The notes under the pieces were generated by a model, which did not search any database, was not told the DNA's origin, and worked only from the letters and a program-made list of their open reading frames with translations. The translations under genes were made by a program, and so were the position numbers. This document shows, one piece after another, positions 8,629 to 18,207 of a DNA stretch of 43,988 nucleotides. Source of the DNA: Actinomycetota bacterium (GTDB lineage Bacteria; Actinomycetota; CADDZG01; JAHWKV01; JAOPZY01); assembly GCA_025963875.1 (NCBI GenBank), contig JAOPZY010000162.1, positions 1 through 43,988 of the forward strand. Reading direction: 5' to 3'. Each line of letters starts with the position of its first letter. The first letter of the stretch is position 1.

Positions 8629-10059
8629 GTGGCGGAACGGCGGGAACCGACCCAGACGTCGCGCTTCGGCGTCTCCCGCCGGGAGAACCACGACGCCAGC
8701 GCCTTCTATGCGCGGTTCACGCCCCCCAAGCTCAGCGCGGACAACGCAGTCCACCCAGACAAGGCCATCGACGAGATCTTCACCGGCGACGCCCGCGAGA
8801 TGAAGCATGTCCCCGATGCGTCGGTGGCGCTTGTGGTGACGTCGCCGCCCTACTTCGCCGGCAAGGAGTACGAGGAGGCCCTCGGGGAGGGCCACATCCC
8901 GGCCACCTACCTCGAGTACCTGCAGATGCTGGAGGACGTCTTCGCCGAGTGCGTGCGCAAGCTGGAGCCGGGCGGGCGCATCGCGGTCAACGTCGCCAAC
9001 CTCGGCCGGCGGCCGTACCGGTCGCTGTCCTCGGACGTCATCGGCATCCTCCAGGACAAGCTCCGCCTCCTGCTGCGCGGCGAGGTGATCTGGCAGAAGG
9101 CCCGGGGCTCCTCCGGCTCCTGTGCCTGGGGATCCTTCCAGCGGCCGGCCAACGCCGTCCTGCGTGACCTGACCGAGCGGGTGGTCATCGCCAGCAAGGG
9201 CCGGTTCGACCGTGCCCTGACCGCCCGTCAGCGGCACCGTGAGGGCCTGCCGTCGTCGGCCTCCCTCTGGCGCGACGAGTTCATGGAGGCCACCACCGAT
9301 GTCTGGGAGATGCCGCCGGAATCGGCCACGCGGGTCGGCCACGCCGCCCCCTTCCCGGTCGCCTTGCCGAGGCGGCTCATCCACCTGTACACCTACTACG
9401 ACGACCTCGTCCTCGACCCCTTCATGGGCTCGGGGACCACCGCGGTGGCAGCAATCGGGACGCGGCGCCATTTCGCCGGCTACGACATCGACGCCGCCTA
9501 TGTCCAGAAGGCCCGTGCCCGTGTCGCCCATGCACTCCAGCAGCGCGCCGGCCTTGACGAGGAGACGCTTTCGGTCGAACTCCCGGCCATCCCGGCGAAG
9601 GCCCATCCCGACGAGGACTTCCAGGCCCGGGCGGTCCGGGAGGGCCGGGCGGCCCGGGACGTGGCGGAGGCACTCCTGCACCAGTGCGGTTTCGAGGGAG
9701 TCCAGCGCAAGGTGCGCCTCCCGGTGGGGGTCGAGGTCAACTTCCGCGCCTACGACCGGGACGGCGGCGAGTGGTTCTTCGACGTGTCCGGCGGCTTCAC
9801 CTCCACTCGCCCGGGGCTCATGCGCACGGACACGCTCTGGAAGGCAGTGGGGAAGGCGGCGGTTCTCCACGAGGCGTACCCCAGGATCCCGCTGGTCCTG
9901 CTCACCACGGACTCGCCGAAAGGCGGGGCGGGCGGGGCGGCGCTTCGGGTGGTGCGTGGCCCCGACAAGCCCATCTTCGACGTCCTGCAGATGACGTCCT
10001 CGACCGATCAACGCAAGCTCCATGCCTACGCGCACGGGGTCCGGCCGGAGGGGACCTGA
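8629..10059 (+). CDS. Beta-class amino-DNA methyltransferase (probably m4C) fused to a C-terminal degenerate PD-(D/E)XK domain
   Basis: VVTSPPY precedes HAAPFP and VLDPFMGSGTT; C-terminal ~140 aa are colinear with the nuclease at 10423. GTG 8629 has a GGGAG RBS (alternative start 8587). Confidence 0.9.
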   Translation: MAERREPTQTSRFGVSRRENHDASAFYARFTPPKLSADNAVHPDKAIDEIFTGDAREMKHVPDASVALVVTSPPYFAGKEYEEALGEGHIPATYLEYLQMLEDVFAECVRKLEPGGRIAVNVANLGRRPYRSLSSDVIGILQDKLRLLLRGEVIWQKARGSSGSCAWGSFQRPANAVLRDLTERVVIASKGRFDRALTARQRHREGLPSSASLWRDEFMEATTDVWEMPPESATRVGHAAPFPVALPRRLIHLYTYYDDLVLDPFMGSGTTAVAAIGTRRHFAGYDIDAAYVQKARARVAHALQQRAGLDEETLSVELPAIPAKAHPDEDFQARAVREGRAARDVAEALLHQCGFEGVQRKVRLPVGVEVNFRAYDRDGGEWFFDVSGGFTSTRPGLMRTDTLWKAVGKAAVLHEAYPRIPLVLLTTDSPKGGAGGAALRVVRGPDKPIFDVLQMTSSTDQRKLHAYAHGVRPEGT

Positions 10060-10066
10060 GGCCCCG

Positions 10067-10426
10067 TTGGGTGCATCCGGCGGGACCCTGGGTTGGCCCG
10101 GCAGGGTCGCCGTCGGCGTCCTCCACGGCGACACGCCCGAGGTGTTCCTTGCGGAGTCCGATGCCGTGCTGGGCCGGCTCCTCGCCCTCCGGCTCGTGGG
10201 GCCCTCCCGCCCGGAGGACTTCGGGCCGGGGATCCTGGAGGAGATCCGGTCCGCCCTCCTCGAGCAGCGCTGGGCGGACGCCGTGACCGCGTGGATGCTG
10301 GCATCCGGGGAGGTCCTCGACGGCTACCCCGACGAGGAGGTCGTCACCGAGGAGATGCTGGACGACGAGCGGGCCTCGATGGAGATCCGGCTCTCGCCGA
10401 TCTTCGGCGGCCAGGCCGGCCCGTGA
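10067..10426 (+). CDS. Small acidic hypothetical protein
   Basis: Fills the gap between the MTase and the nuclease; GC3-rich codons; TGA overlaps the next GTG (GTGA). Start codon uncertain (TTG 10067). Confidence 0.7.
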   Translation: MGASGGTLGWPGRVAVGVLHGDTPEVFLAESDAVLGRLLALRLVGPSRPEDFGPGILEEIRSALLEQRWADAVTAWMLASGEVLDGYPDEEVVTEEMLDDERASMEIRLSPIFGGQAGP

Positions 10427-10842
10427 GCCTCTTCCAGTCGGCCGCTTCCCTGCAGGGGCGCCAGTTCGCCGACCAGTGCGACCTCCTGCTCCGCAACTCA
10501 GGCTACGAGGTGGGCTCCCGGGTGCTGGTCACCACGATCGGCATCGAGATCGACCGAGAGGCGGTCAGTCCCACCGGGCGCATCATCTGGTTCGAGTACA
10601 AGGGCAGTGTCCAGGGGTCCCGGCCGGGGCTGCTTCGTACCGACACCCTCAAGAAGGCCATCGCCAACGGGGCACTCCTCAAGGCCATGGGGGACCGGCC
10701 CCCCTTCGTCGTGCTGACGTCCCATCTGCCCGAGGCGGGGGCCGGGCTCGCCATGCTCGAGACCGCCGTCGCGCTCGGCTACCTCGACGACGTCATCTGC
10801 GTCTACAAGCCCGCCGACACCGTCCGCCTCAAGCGCCTCTAG
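10423..10842 (+). CDS. Stand-alone PD-(D/E)XK endonuclease (restriction endonuclease-like)
   Basis: GRQF..helix, IEID, WFEYKG catalytic arrangement; GTGA coupling to the upstream gene. Confidence 0.8.
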   Translation: MSLFQSAASLQGRQFADQCDLLLRNSGYEVGSRVLVTTIGIEIDREAVSPTGRIIWFEYKGSVQGSRPGLLRTDTLKKAIANGALLKAMGDRPPFVVLTSHLPEAGAGLAMLETAVALGYLDDVICVYKPADTVRLKRL

Positions 10843-10854
10843 AGCCTTCGCCAT

Positions 10855-10909
10855 GATCTTCTTTGGGTGAATAACGCTGATATACGTTGTTCATCACCCA
10901 AAGAAGGTC
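10855..10909. terminator. AT-rich inverted repeat between convergent genes (bidirectional terminator or REP-like element)
   Basis: CTTCTTTGGGTGA / TCACCCAAAGAAG arms with an inner AACG..CGTT stem. Confidence 0.65.
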
Positions 10910-10913
10910 CGCC

Positions 10914-11930
10914 TCAGAAGTTCTGCTTGGCGCCCGGCCCCTTGGTCTTCCAGCCGTAGACCCGTTGCGGGCCGCAGCTCCCCGTCCGGGGCGGCAGCTC
11001 GATGACCTCGGGCACGGGGTGGCGGAAGGAGGCTTCGAGCAGCGGGGCGGGATCCTCCCCGGCGCTCATGGCCAGGCAGGGCGCCACGAAGGCGCACGGG
11101 CCGCAGTGTTCCGGGGCCGGATCGGGGTAGATGGGCACCGCCGGGTCGCACATCTCCAGCGCAGCCGCTGCGAACTGACGCCGGAGTCGCCGGATCTCCT
11201 TGGGCGCCTTGCGAATCCGGGCCCTCCGGAACCACCCGTCGGGGTCCCCGACGACGGTGACGCCCCGGCGCCTCGGTCCCGCCGTGAACGCCATGGACGG
11301 CGCCGGCGGTCCCGGCGCCAGGCGGAGCTCGTTGATCATCACCCCGGCCACCGGCGCGTCGTACTGGGACTCGAGCGCCCAGCACAGGCAGGCGCTGCGG
11401 TGATCGAGCACGAGGGTGTCGAGGTCGGCCCACTCGCCGTCGACGATGCGGTGCTCCACGAGCCACAGGCGGTGGTGCTCGTCGACGACCACCAGCTCGA
11501 AACGGCCCCGGAACCGCACGGCTCTCCCGTCGGCGGCCACGAGCCCGGCCCCCGCCTGCGCGGGGTGGGGGACGACGACGTTGAACTCGGTGGTGACCCG
11601 CACGGCCGAGAAGTCGTCCACGCCGGGGGCCCAGTCGAAGTACCGAGAAAGCGCCAGGGCGCCGCGCTCGGTCGCGGACGCGTCGGCGTGCTGGGCACGC
11701 ATCGACTTGTGGAACGCCTCCATGGCGATGGGACGCACGAGGGAGCGGTCCCAGCCGCGCATGGCCGGGAAGTACCAGGCAGCGAGACCGTCGCGGACGG
11801 CCCGCCCCACGTCGACGGGCCGGAGCGGCTCGACGGGCTCCAGGTTCTGCCGTGCCGCGGCGCCGAAGTCCCATGCCCGGCGGCACCGTTGGAACGTCTC
11901 TGCATCCGTCAGGTCGATGACGTGGTCCAT
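10914..11930 (-). CDS. Cas4/AddB-like PD-(D/E)XK family protein with Fe-S cysteines and atypical catalytic motifs
   Basis: N-terminal FQRCRRAW, RGRFELVVVD..LVEHR, C-terminal HCGPCAFVAPC. The provided ORF start at 13451 is an over-extension. Confidence 0.8.
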   Translation of the reverse strand: MDHVIDLTDAETFQRCRRAWDFGAAARQNLEPVEPLRPVDVGRAVRDGLAAWYFPAMRGWDRSLVRPIAMEAFHKSMRAQHADASATERGALALSRYFDWAPGVDDFSAVRVTTEFNVVVPHPAQAGAGLVAADGRAVRFRGRFELVVVDEHHRLWLVEHRIVDGEWADLDTLVLDHRSACLCWALESQYDAPVAGVMINELRLAPGPPAPSMAFTAGPRRRGVTVVGDPDGWFRRARIRKAPKEIRRLRRQFAAAALEMCDPAVPIYPDPAPEHCGPCAFVAPCLAMSAGEDPAPLLEASFRHPVPEVIELPPRTGSCGPQRVYGWKTKGPGAKQNF

Positions 11931-11980
11931 GCCAACGGAATGGTACCCGCCGGGCTCGCCTCTGCCGCCGCCCGAAGAGG

Positions 11981-13555
11981 TCAATGTGTGGGGTCCACGT
12001 CCGGCGGGAACAGGTGGGCAACCACCGGTGGGCCCTCTGCAAGCGCCAGCGCCGCCTTCTGGAACTCGCGGTCCGTCCCGGTCATCCGCCCGGTGTGCTG
12101 GCGGAGATGCTCCTCCCAGGACCGCACGAGGTACAGCTCCACGAACCGCCGGGGTTCCTCGCCGTCGCGGTAGAGCTCCCAGCGGACGGCGCCGGTCCGG
12201 CGACGGGAGCGCCGCACCCTGTCCATGGCCTGGAGGAAGGCCGCCGCGTTCTCCGGAGCCACCGTGTACGTCAAAGAAACGAGGACCGGTTCGTCCGCCG
12301 CCGGCTCCAGCACCATGTGCGGCTCCGGCCAGTAGACGGCGGGACTGCGATCGAGGCCGCCGACGTCGGCGAGCGGCCAGCGCACCAGCGCCAGGGCGCT
12401 CAGTCCCAGCAGCCCGCCGGCGATGCGCAGGGCCCAGGCCACGCTGGACTGCTCGGCGACGAGTCCCCACCCGGCGGAGGCGACGGCCATGCCGCCGAGC
12501 AGCACGATCTGGTAGATGGAGAGGCCACGTGCCCGCACCCAGCCGGGGAGAAAGAGCTGCATCTCGGCGTTGAGGGTGGCGAGGACGGCGATCCAGGCGA
12601 GGCCCGCCGGCACCAGGAGCAGCGCCACGATGGGCGTCGATCGTGTGGAGGCAAGGGCCGCCATCACGGCGGCGTAGGTGCAGAAGGCCAGGAGCAGCAT
12701 CCGGGCGTCGCTCAGTCCCGCCCGCAGCCGGGGCAGGGCGATGGCGCCACCGACCGCGCCCACGCCGAGGGCGGCGAGGAGCACGCCGTAGCCCCCGGCG
12801 CCGAGACCGAGCCGGTGGCTCGCGACCACCGGGAGGAGGGCCCAGATGGCGCTCCCCGGGATCGAGAACAGGGCGGCGGTGAGCAGGATGCGCCGGACCA
12901 CCGGGGAATAGCGGATGTAGCGGGTGCCGGCGAGCAGGGCAGCCCCGAGGCGCTCCCGGCCCTCCCGGACCGCGCGAGGAGGGTGCCAGGCCGCCAGCAC
13001 GATGGCGAAGGCCACGAAGGACACAGCGTTGAGGCCGAAGACGGCGCTGGCCCCGAGCCTCGCCACCGCGGCTCCGGCCAGCGCCGGCCCGACGGCCCGG
13101 GCAAGGTTCTGGTTCATGCCACCGAGCGCCGACGCGGACGCGAGGTCGGCCCGGGGGACCAGGTCCGGAATGATCGCCTGCTGGGCAGGCAGGCTGAAGA
13201 TGGCCCCGCAGCCCAGCAGGAACGTCAGCCCGAGCAGGAGGGCAGGGTGCAGATTGCCCCTGGCCGAGAGCACGGCCATCACCCCTGCCACCACCGTCTG
13301 GAAGACCTGGCTCCCGATGAGCAGGCGCCGCCGGTCGACGATGTCGGCGAGCACCCCTGCGGGAAGGGCGAAGAGCACCACCGGGAGGGTCGTGGCCGTC
13401 TGGACCAGGGCGACGAGGGCCGCAGCATTGGGCTGGTGGACCAGCAGCCACTGGGCACCCACGGTCTGCATCCAGGTCCCGATGTTGCTGACGAGGGTGG
13501 CGATCCAGATCCAGCGGAACATCGTCAGGCGGAGCGGCTTCCAGGCCGAGTCCAC
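11981..13555 (-). CDS. MFS transporter (MFS_3-like) with C-terminal soluble domain
   Basis: FRWIWIATLVSNIGTWMQ, GVLADIVDRRRLL, many TM helices, C-terminal RRRTGAVRW..SWEEHLRQH. Start approximate. Confidence 0.9.
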   Translation of the reverse strand: MDSAWKPLRLTMFRWIWIATLVSNIGTWMQTVGAQWLLVHQPNAAALVALVQTATTLPVVLFALPAGVLADIVDRRRLLIGSQVFQTVVAGVMAVLSARGNLHPALLLGLTFLLGCGAIFSLPAQQAIIPDLVPRADLASASALGGMNQNLARAVGPALAGAAVARLGASAVFGLNAVSFVAFAIVLAAWHPPRAVREGRERLGAALLAGTRYIRYSPVVRRILLTAALFSIPGSAIWALLPVVASHRLGLGAGGYGVLLAALGVGAVGGAIALPRLRAGLSDARMLLLAFCTYAAVMAALASTRSTPIVALLLVPAGLAWIAVLATLNAEMQLFLPGWVRARGLSIYQIVLLGGMAVASAGWGLVAEQSSVAWALRIAGGLLGLSALALVRWPLADVGGLDRSPAVYWPEPHMVLEPAADEPVLVSLTYTVAPENAAAFLQAMDRVRRSRRRTGAVRWELYRDGEEPRRFVELYLVRSWEEHLRQHTGRMTGTDREFQKAALALAEGPPVVAHLFPPDVDPTH

Positions 13556-13596
13556 CCCCAGCCCGCCGGCGGCGTCGACGGGACGCTGGTTGCGGT

Positions 13597-14379
13597 TCAG
13601 TCGAGGTAGGTGACGTCTCCCGCGGGAATGACGTCGCCCGTGTCGAGCACGAGGCCCCCGTACTCGTCGACGTCGACAGCGGTGGCCTTGATGACCTTGC
13701 CGTCGATCCTCACGGAGATCGCCTTGCCGATCGTGTCGCACATCTGCCGGTACTGGTTGAGGATCGGGCCGATCCTGCCAGCCGCGATGTCCTTGAGGGC
13801 CGAGTCGAGGTGGATGAGGATCCCGGCCAGCACCTCGGACCGGTCGTAGCTGCGGCCCGTTTCCACGACGCAGCTTGTCGCCGTCGCCTGGAGTTCCTTG
13901 GGGAACTGGTCCCGGGTGATCCGCATGTTGACGCCAACCCCGCAGACGACGAAGTTGACCTTCCCGTCCTGGATCTCCGTCTCGGAGAGCATGCCGCCGA
14001 GCTTGCGGCCCCGGGTGACGATGTCGTTGGGCCACTTGAGCTTGTTGGCCTGCCGGCGTTCCGCCAGCGCAAGGGAGGTCGAGATGCCCATCGCCATGGT
14101 GACGATGCTGACCTGGTCCGGGGGCAGCTTTGGCCGGAGGATGACGGAGAACAGCAGGGAGCCGAGGTTCGGCTGGCTGAACCAGGTGCGGTCGCCACGG
14201 CCACGTCCCTCGGTCTGGTGATCGGCGACCACGAGGGACCCTGACTTGGCCCCCGCCCGCGCCCACTCGACGGCCCGGTCGTTGGTGGAGTCGGTTACCT
14301 CGTAGAACTTGACCGGCTTCGCCCACCGCCACGTGGCCATCTCGATGGCGTCTTGGGAGATGTCGTACACGGTCGTCAT
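13597..14379 (-). CDS. birA: Biotin--[acetyl-CoA-carboxylase] ligase (no HTH domain)
   Basis: DSTN, QTEGRGRGDRTW, LKWPNDI, KLGGML, GVGVN. Confidence 0.93.
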   Translation of the reverse strand: MTTVYDISQDAIEMATWRWAKPVKFYEVTDSTNDRAVEWARAGAKSGSLVVADHQTEGRGRGDRTWFSQPNLGSLLFSVILRPKLPPDQVSIVTMAMGISTSLALAERRQANKLKWPNDIVTRGRKLGGMLSETEIQDGKVNFVVCGVGVNMRITRDQFPKELQATATSCVVETGRSYDRSEVLAGILIHLDSALKDIAAGRIGPILNQYRQMCDTIGKAISVRIDGKVIKATAVDVDEYGGLVLDTGDVIPAGDVTYLD

Positions 14380-14416
14380 AGCGCAGTCAAGAATAGGGTA
14401 GCCGTACCATGGCTGC

Positions 14417-15484
14417 ATGGCCGCCTCTTCTTCACCCGGCGCCTCGGGCCAGACGCCGGTGCGCTACGACGTCGCTCGCTCGGATCTCGAACGTCTTCTC
14501 GACGGAGAGCCGCGCTACCGGGCCGATCAGGTGTGGCGCGGGCTCCACCAGCGAGGTCTCGACCCGGAGGAGATGACCGATCTCCCGAAGGCCCTGCGGG
14601 CGCGCCTCGGGGAGGTGCTGCGCCCGGCGTTGGCGCTGGTGGCCGAGTCCGAGAGCGACGCCGGGGACACCGTCAAGTCCCTCTGGTCCCTCGCCGGCGG
14701 CCGGCGCATCGAGACCGTGCTGATGCAGTACCACGACCGCGTCACGGTGTGCATCTCCAGCCAGGCCGGGTGCGGCATGGGCTGCGTGTTCTGTGCGACT
14801 GGCCAGGCCGGCCTCAGCGGCCAGCTGACGATGGGCGAGATCGTGGAACAGGTCATCCGGGCCCGCCGCCGGGCCGAACCGCGGCGCCTCGGCAACGTCG
14901 TCTTCATGGGGATGGGCGAGCCGCTCGCGAACTACGCAGCGGTCTGGGCGGCCATCGAACGCCTGCACGACGACGTCGGCATCTCCGCCCGCCGCATCAC
15001 GGTGTCGACGGTCGGTCTGGTCCCGGGCATCCGCCGCCTGGCCGGCGAGCGCCTCCCCGTCAATCTCGCAGTCTCGCTCCACGCCGCCAACGACACGCTG
15101 CGCGACCGCCTGGTCCCCGTCAACCGCCGCTACCCCCTGGCCGTGCTGGCCGCCGCCTGCCGGGAGTACACCGAGGCCACCGGGCGACGCCTCTCGTTCG
15201 AGTGGGCCATGATCGCCGGCGTCAACGACCAGCCCTCCGATGCCACGGAGCTGGCCGCCATCGCACGGCCCCTCCACGCCCACGTCAACCTCATCCCGCT
15301 CAACCCGACACCGGGGTATGCGACCCGGGGGACCCCGGCTGCGGGCGTGCAGGCGTTCAGGGACCGGCTGGAGAAACTCGGTGTCAACGCCACCGTGCGG
15401 GACAACCGGGGGACCGACATCGACGCCGCCTGCGGCCAGCTTGCCGCGTCGGCCATTGCAGCGCCGGCGAATCTGACGCCGTAA
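14417..15484 (+). CDS. rlmN: 23S rRNA m2A2503 / tRNA methyltransferase (radical SAM)
   Basis: IETV, CISSQAGCGMGCVFCATG, FMGMGEP, SLHA, DIDAACGQL; TACCAT 6 nt before the ATG. Confidence 0.96.
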   Translation: MAASSSPGASGQTPVRYDVARSDLERLLDGEPRYRADQVWRGLHQRGLDPEEMTDLPKALRARLGEVLRPALALVAESESDAGDTVKSLWSLAGGRRIETVLMQYHDRVTVCISSQAGCGMGCVFCATGQAGLSGQLTMGEIVEQVIRARRRAEPRRLGNVVFMGMGEPLANYAAVWAAIERLHDDVGISARRITVSTVGLVPGIRRLAGERLPVNLAVSLHAANDTLRDRLVPVNRRYPLAVLAAACREYTEATGRRLSFEWAMIAGVNDQPSDATELAAIARPLHAHVNLIPLNPTPGYATRGTPAAGVQAFRDRLEKLGVNATVRDNRGTDIDAACGQLAASAIAAPANLTP

Positions 15485-15578
15485 CCATCTCAGGGGGATG
15501 CTCCCTTTTCTTTGCGTGCCAAGCCGCGACCCCCTTGAGCATCTGTTTGGACGGGGGTAACCCGGGAATCTCCCTACC

Positions 15579-17180
15579 ATGGGCACCGACACCGTGAACG
15601 ACACGGTCCTGGACGCCGCATCGCCGCTCCCACTCGACGCCCATGTCTCGACGGAATCGGAGGACAAGCTCGAAGCGGCCGCCGATTTCGAGATCCCAGA
15701 CCTGACCGGCGTCGCACCTGGCGTGGAGGTGACGGTCCTTCCTGAGGCCCTCCTGGACGCGGCGTACTTCGACACCCCCGACCTCAGGCTCGCCCGGAAC
15801 GGCATCACGCTGCGCTACCGCCGTGACCGCTCCCTTGGCAGCACCGACGAGGGGACCTGGACACTGAAACTTCCCGAGGATGCTGCCGGTGTGGGGCTGG
15901 TGCGCCAGGAGCTGACCTGGGCCGGCTCCCCCGACACCGTGCCGCCCCAGGCTGCCGCCCTGGTCCGGGCCACGACCCGGGGCGCTCCCCTGCAGCGCGT
16001 GGCCAGGCTCACCACTCAGCGGCGCCGCCTGCAGCTCCGCGACCGCGGGGGCCACCCTCTGGCAGAGATCGACGACGATCTCGTCAACATCGCGGAGCCC
16101 CACGAGGAGCGGTTCCGGGAGGTCGAGGTGGAATGGACGGAGGAGGCCAAACCCAAGCTCCGGAAAGCCGTGCTGGATCGCCTCGTCCGAGCCGGTGCCA
16201 GGTCGGGCTCGGCAACGCCGAAGGTCTTCCGTGCGCTGGGCCTGGCGGAGGGGGCGAAGCCCGACATCGAGATCCCCCAGCTCGACCGGCACTCCACGAT
16301 GCGTGACGTCGTGGCGGCATCCATCGGAGGGGCGGCGAAGACCATGATCGAACACGATCCGGGCGTGCGCCTGGGCGACGACATCGAGCATGTCCACAAG
16401 GCAAGGGTCGCGACGCGCCGCCTTCGCTCGGACCTCCGGACCTTCCGGCCGCTGCTGGACCCGGCCTGGGGCCGCCAGGTGGGCAATGACCTCCGATCGG
16501 TGGCGAACGCCCTGGGAGAGGTAAGGGACGCCGATGTCCTCATGGAGGAGTTGAGGGGCCAGATCGAGTCGCTCGAAGGGCCGGATGCCGATGCCGCAGG
16601 AGCGCTGCTCGCATATCTCGGCAGTGAGCGCGAACGGGTCAACGCAGACCTGCTCGTGGTGCTCGACAGCGAGCCCTACGCAGTGCTGCTCGACCGGCTG
16701 GTCGCGGCGGCCGCCAACCCGCCGATGGCGGACCTCGCCGCGGGCGGTCTGCCGGCGTTGTGCACCTTGCCGGGGCTCGTCGCCAAGCCGTGGAAGCGGT
16801 TGCGGCGCTGGGTCGCCGGCCTCGGCGACAACCCTGCTGACGACGCCCTGCACGAGGTCCGCAAGCGTGCGAAGCAGCTCCGCTACGCCTCCGAGGCCGC
16901 GGCACCGGTGAGGGGACGACCGGCGGTGAAGCTGGCACGGGCGGCGGAGAACCTCCAGGAGGTGCTCGGGGAGTTCCACGACGCAGTTGTCGCGGCGGGC
17001 TGGCTCCGGGAGCACGGCGGCAACGCCGGCGGTTCGACGGCGCTCGTTGCAGGGAGGCTCGTCGAGCGGGAGGAGCTCCGGAGGGCCATGCAGCGTTCGG
17101 CCTGGCCGAAGGCCTGGAAGCGGCTGAAGAGCAAGAAGCGCCGCCGTTGGCTGAAGACCTCCACGACGGCGGCGACCTGA
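15579..17180 (+). CDS. CYTH and CHAD domain-containing protein
   Basis: ESEDK, YFDTPDLRL, LRYR, WTLKLP, REVEVE (CYTH); VHKARVATRRLRS, LGEVRDADV, HEVRKRAKQLRY, LGEFHD (CHAD). Confidence 0.92.
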   Translation: MGTDTVNDTVLDAASPLPLDAHVSTESEDKLEAAADFEIPDLTGVAPGVEVTVLPEALLDAAYFDTPDLRLARNGITLRYRRDRSLGSTDEGTWTLKLPEDAAGVGLVRQELTWAGSPDTVPPQAAALVRATTRGAPLQRVARLTTQRRRLQLRDRGGHPLAEIDDDLVNIAEPHEERFREVEVEWTEEAKPKLRKAVLDRLVRAGARSGSATPKVFRALGLAEGAKPDIEIPQLDRHSTMRDVVAASIGGAAKTMIEHDPGVRLGDDIEHVHKARVATRRLRSDLRTFRPLLDPAWGRQVGNDLRSVANALGEVRDADVLMEELRGQIESLEGPDADAAGALLAYLGSERERVNADLLVVLDSEPYAVLLDRLVAAAANPPMADLAAGGLPALCTLPGLVAKPWKRLRRWVAGLGDNPADDALHEVRKRAKQLRYASEAAAPVRGRPAVKLARAAENLQEVLGEFHDAVVAAGWLREHGGNAGGSTALVAGRLVEREELRRAMQRSAWPKAWKRLKSKKRRRWLKTSTTAAT

Positions 17181-17287
17181 GAGACGGCAAAACGGCAGAG
17201 GCCATCTAGTCGGGTAGGTGAATCTACTTCGGTACCTCCACCCGAGGGGGGGCGGTTGAGGCGGTCGCGATGTGCGAAGCTCCTTCG

Positions 17288-18160
17288 ATGAGCATCTATC
17301 GCGTCCTCAAAGAGCCCGAACTCGAGTCCCCAGCTCTGGTGGCCGCGCTGAACGGCTGGGTCGACGCCGGTGCCGCCGGGACCACCGCAGCCTCGTACCT
17401 CGCCAGCGACGGGGAGATCGTCGTGGAGTTCGATACCGATGCTCTGGTGGACTACCGGGCTCGCAGGCCCACCCTCGACATCCATGACGGCATCCTGACC
17501 CGGATGGGATGGCACGAGCTCAACATCCGCTCCGTCCGGGCCGACACCCGTGACCTCCTGGTGCTGACCGGCCCCGAGCCCGACTACCGGTGGCGGGAGT
17601 TCGAGGAGGCCATCGTCGAGGTCGCCCTCCGTCTCGGCGTGACGGAGAGCATCTGCCTCGGGGCCATCGGTGCGATGGTGCCCCACACCCGGGCGACCCC
17701 GCTCCTCGTGACCGGCAGGGAGCGAGGAACGCTGGAGAGCGACATGCCGTTGCCAGCCGATCACATGCAGGTCCCGGCATCCGCCCTCAACATCATCGAG
17801 ATCGCCCTGGCGGAGAAGGGGATGCGCAGCGTGGGGATCTGGGCCCAGGTCCCCCACTACGTGCACGGCACCTACTTCCCCGGCGCCCTGGCCCTGGTCG
17901 AGCGGACGCTCGGGCACCTCGGCGTGCGCCTTCCGCTCGACTCGCTGGTCGATCTCGCGAAAGAGGAGCGCGCCCGCCTCGACACGGTGGTGGCGTCCAG
18001 GCCGGAGGCTTCCGCCTACCTCGACCAGCTCGAGGCCACCGGCCCGCTTCCGCCCGTCCCACCCGGCGAGGACATCGCCGAGGAGCTGGAGCGCTTCCTT
18101 CGGGAGGCGACGGGCGACAACCGCAACCCCTTCGAGGACCCGGGCCAAGACTCCTTGTAA
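17288..18160 (+). CDS. PAC2 family (proteasome assembly chaperone-like) protein
   Basis: GWVDAG, DYRARRP, GPEPDYRW, VPHTR, WAQVPHY, ELERFLRE. Confidence 0.92.
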   Translation: MSIYRVLKEPELESPALVAALNGWVDAGAAGTTAASYLASDGEIVVEFDTDALVDYRARRPTLDIHDGILTRMGWHELNIRSVRADTRDLLVLTGPEPDYRWREFEEAIVEVALRLGVTESICLGAIGAMVPHTRATPLLVTGRERGTLESDMPLPADHMQVPASALNIIEIALAEKGMRSVGIWAQVPHYVHGTYFPGALALVERTLGHLGVRLPLDSLVDLAKEERARLDTVVASRPEASAYLDQLEATGPLPPVPPGEDIAEELERFLREATGDNRNPFEDPGQDSL

Positions 18161-18207
18161 CGCCGCTTCGTAACTCGATTGCAACTTTCGGGTGATAGAA
18201 CCGCGGA

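Noticed and set aside
10914..11930. CRISPR-Cas locus suggested by the Cas4-like gene
   Set aside because: No repeat-spacer array or other cas genes were seen in the window.
10914..14332. Apparent 845-aa and 783-aa fusion ORFs
   Set aside because: The N-terminal extensions overlap the MFS and birA genes in other frames and are low-complexity Arg/Pro/Gly; real starts are near 11930 and 13555.
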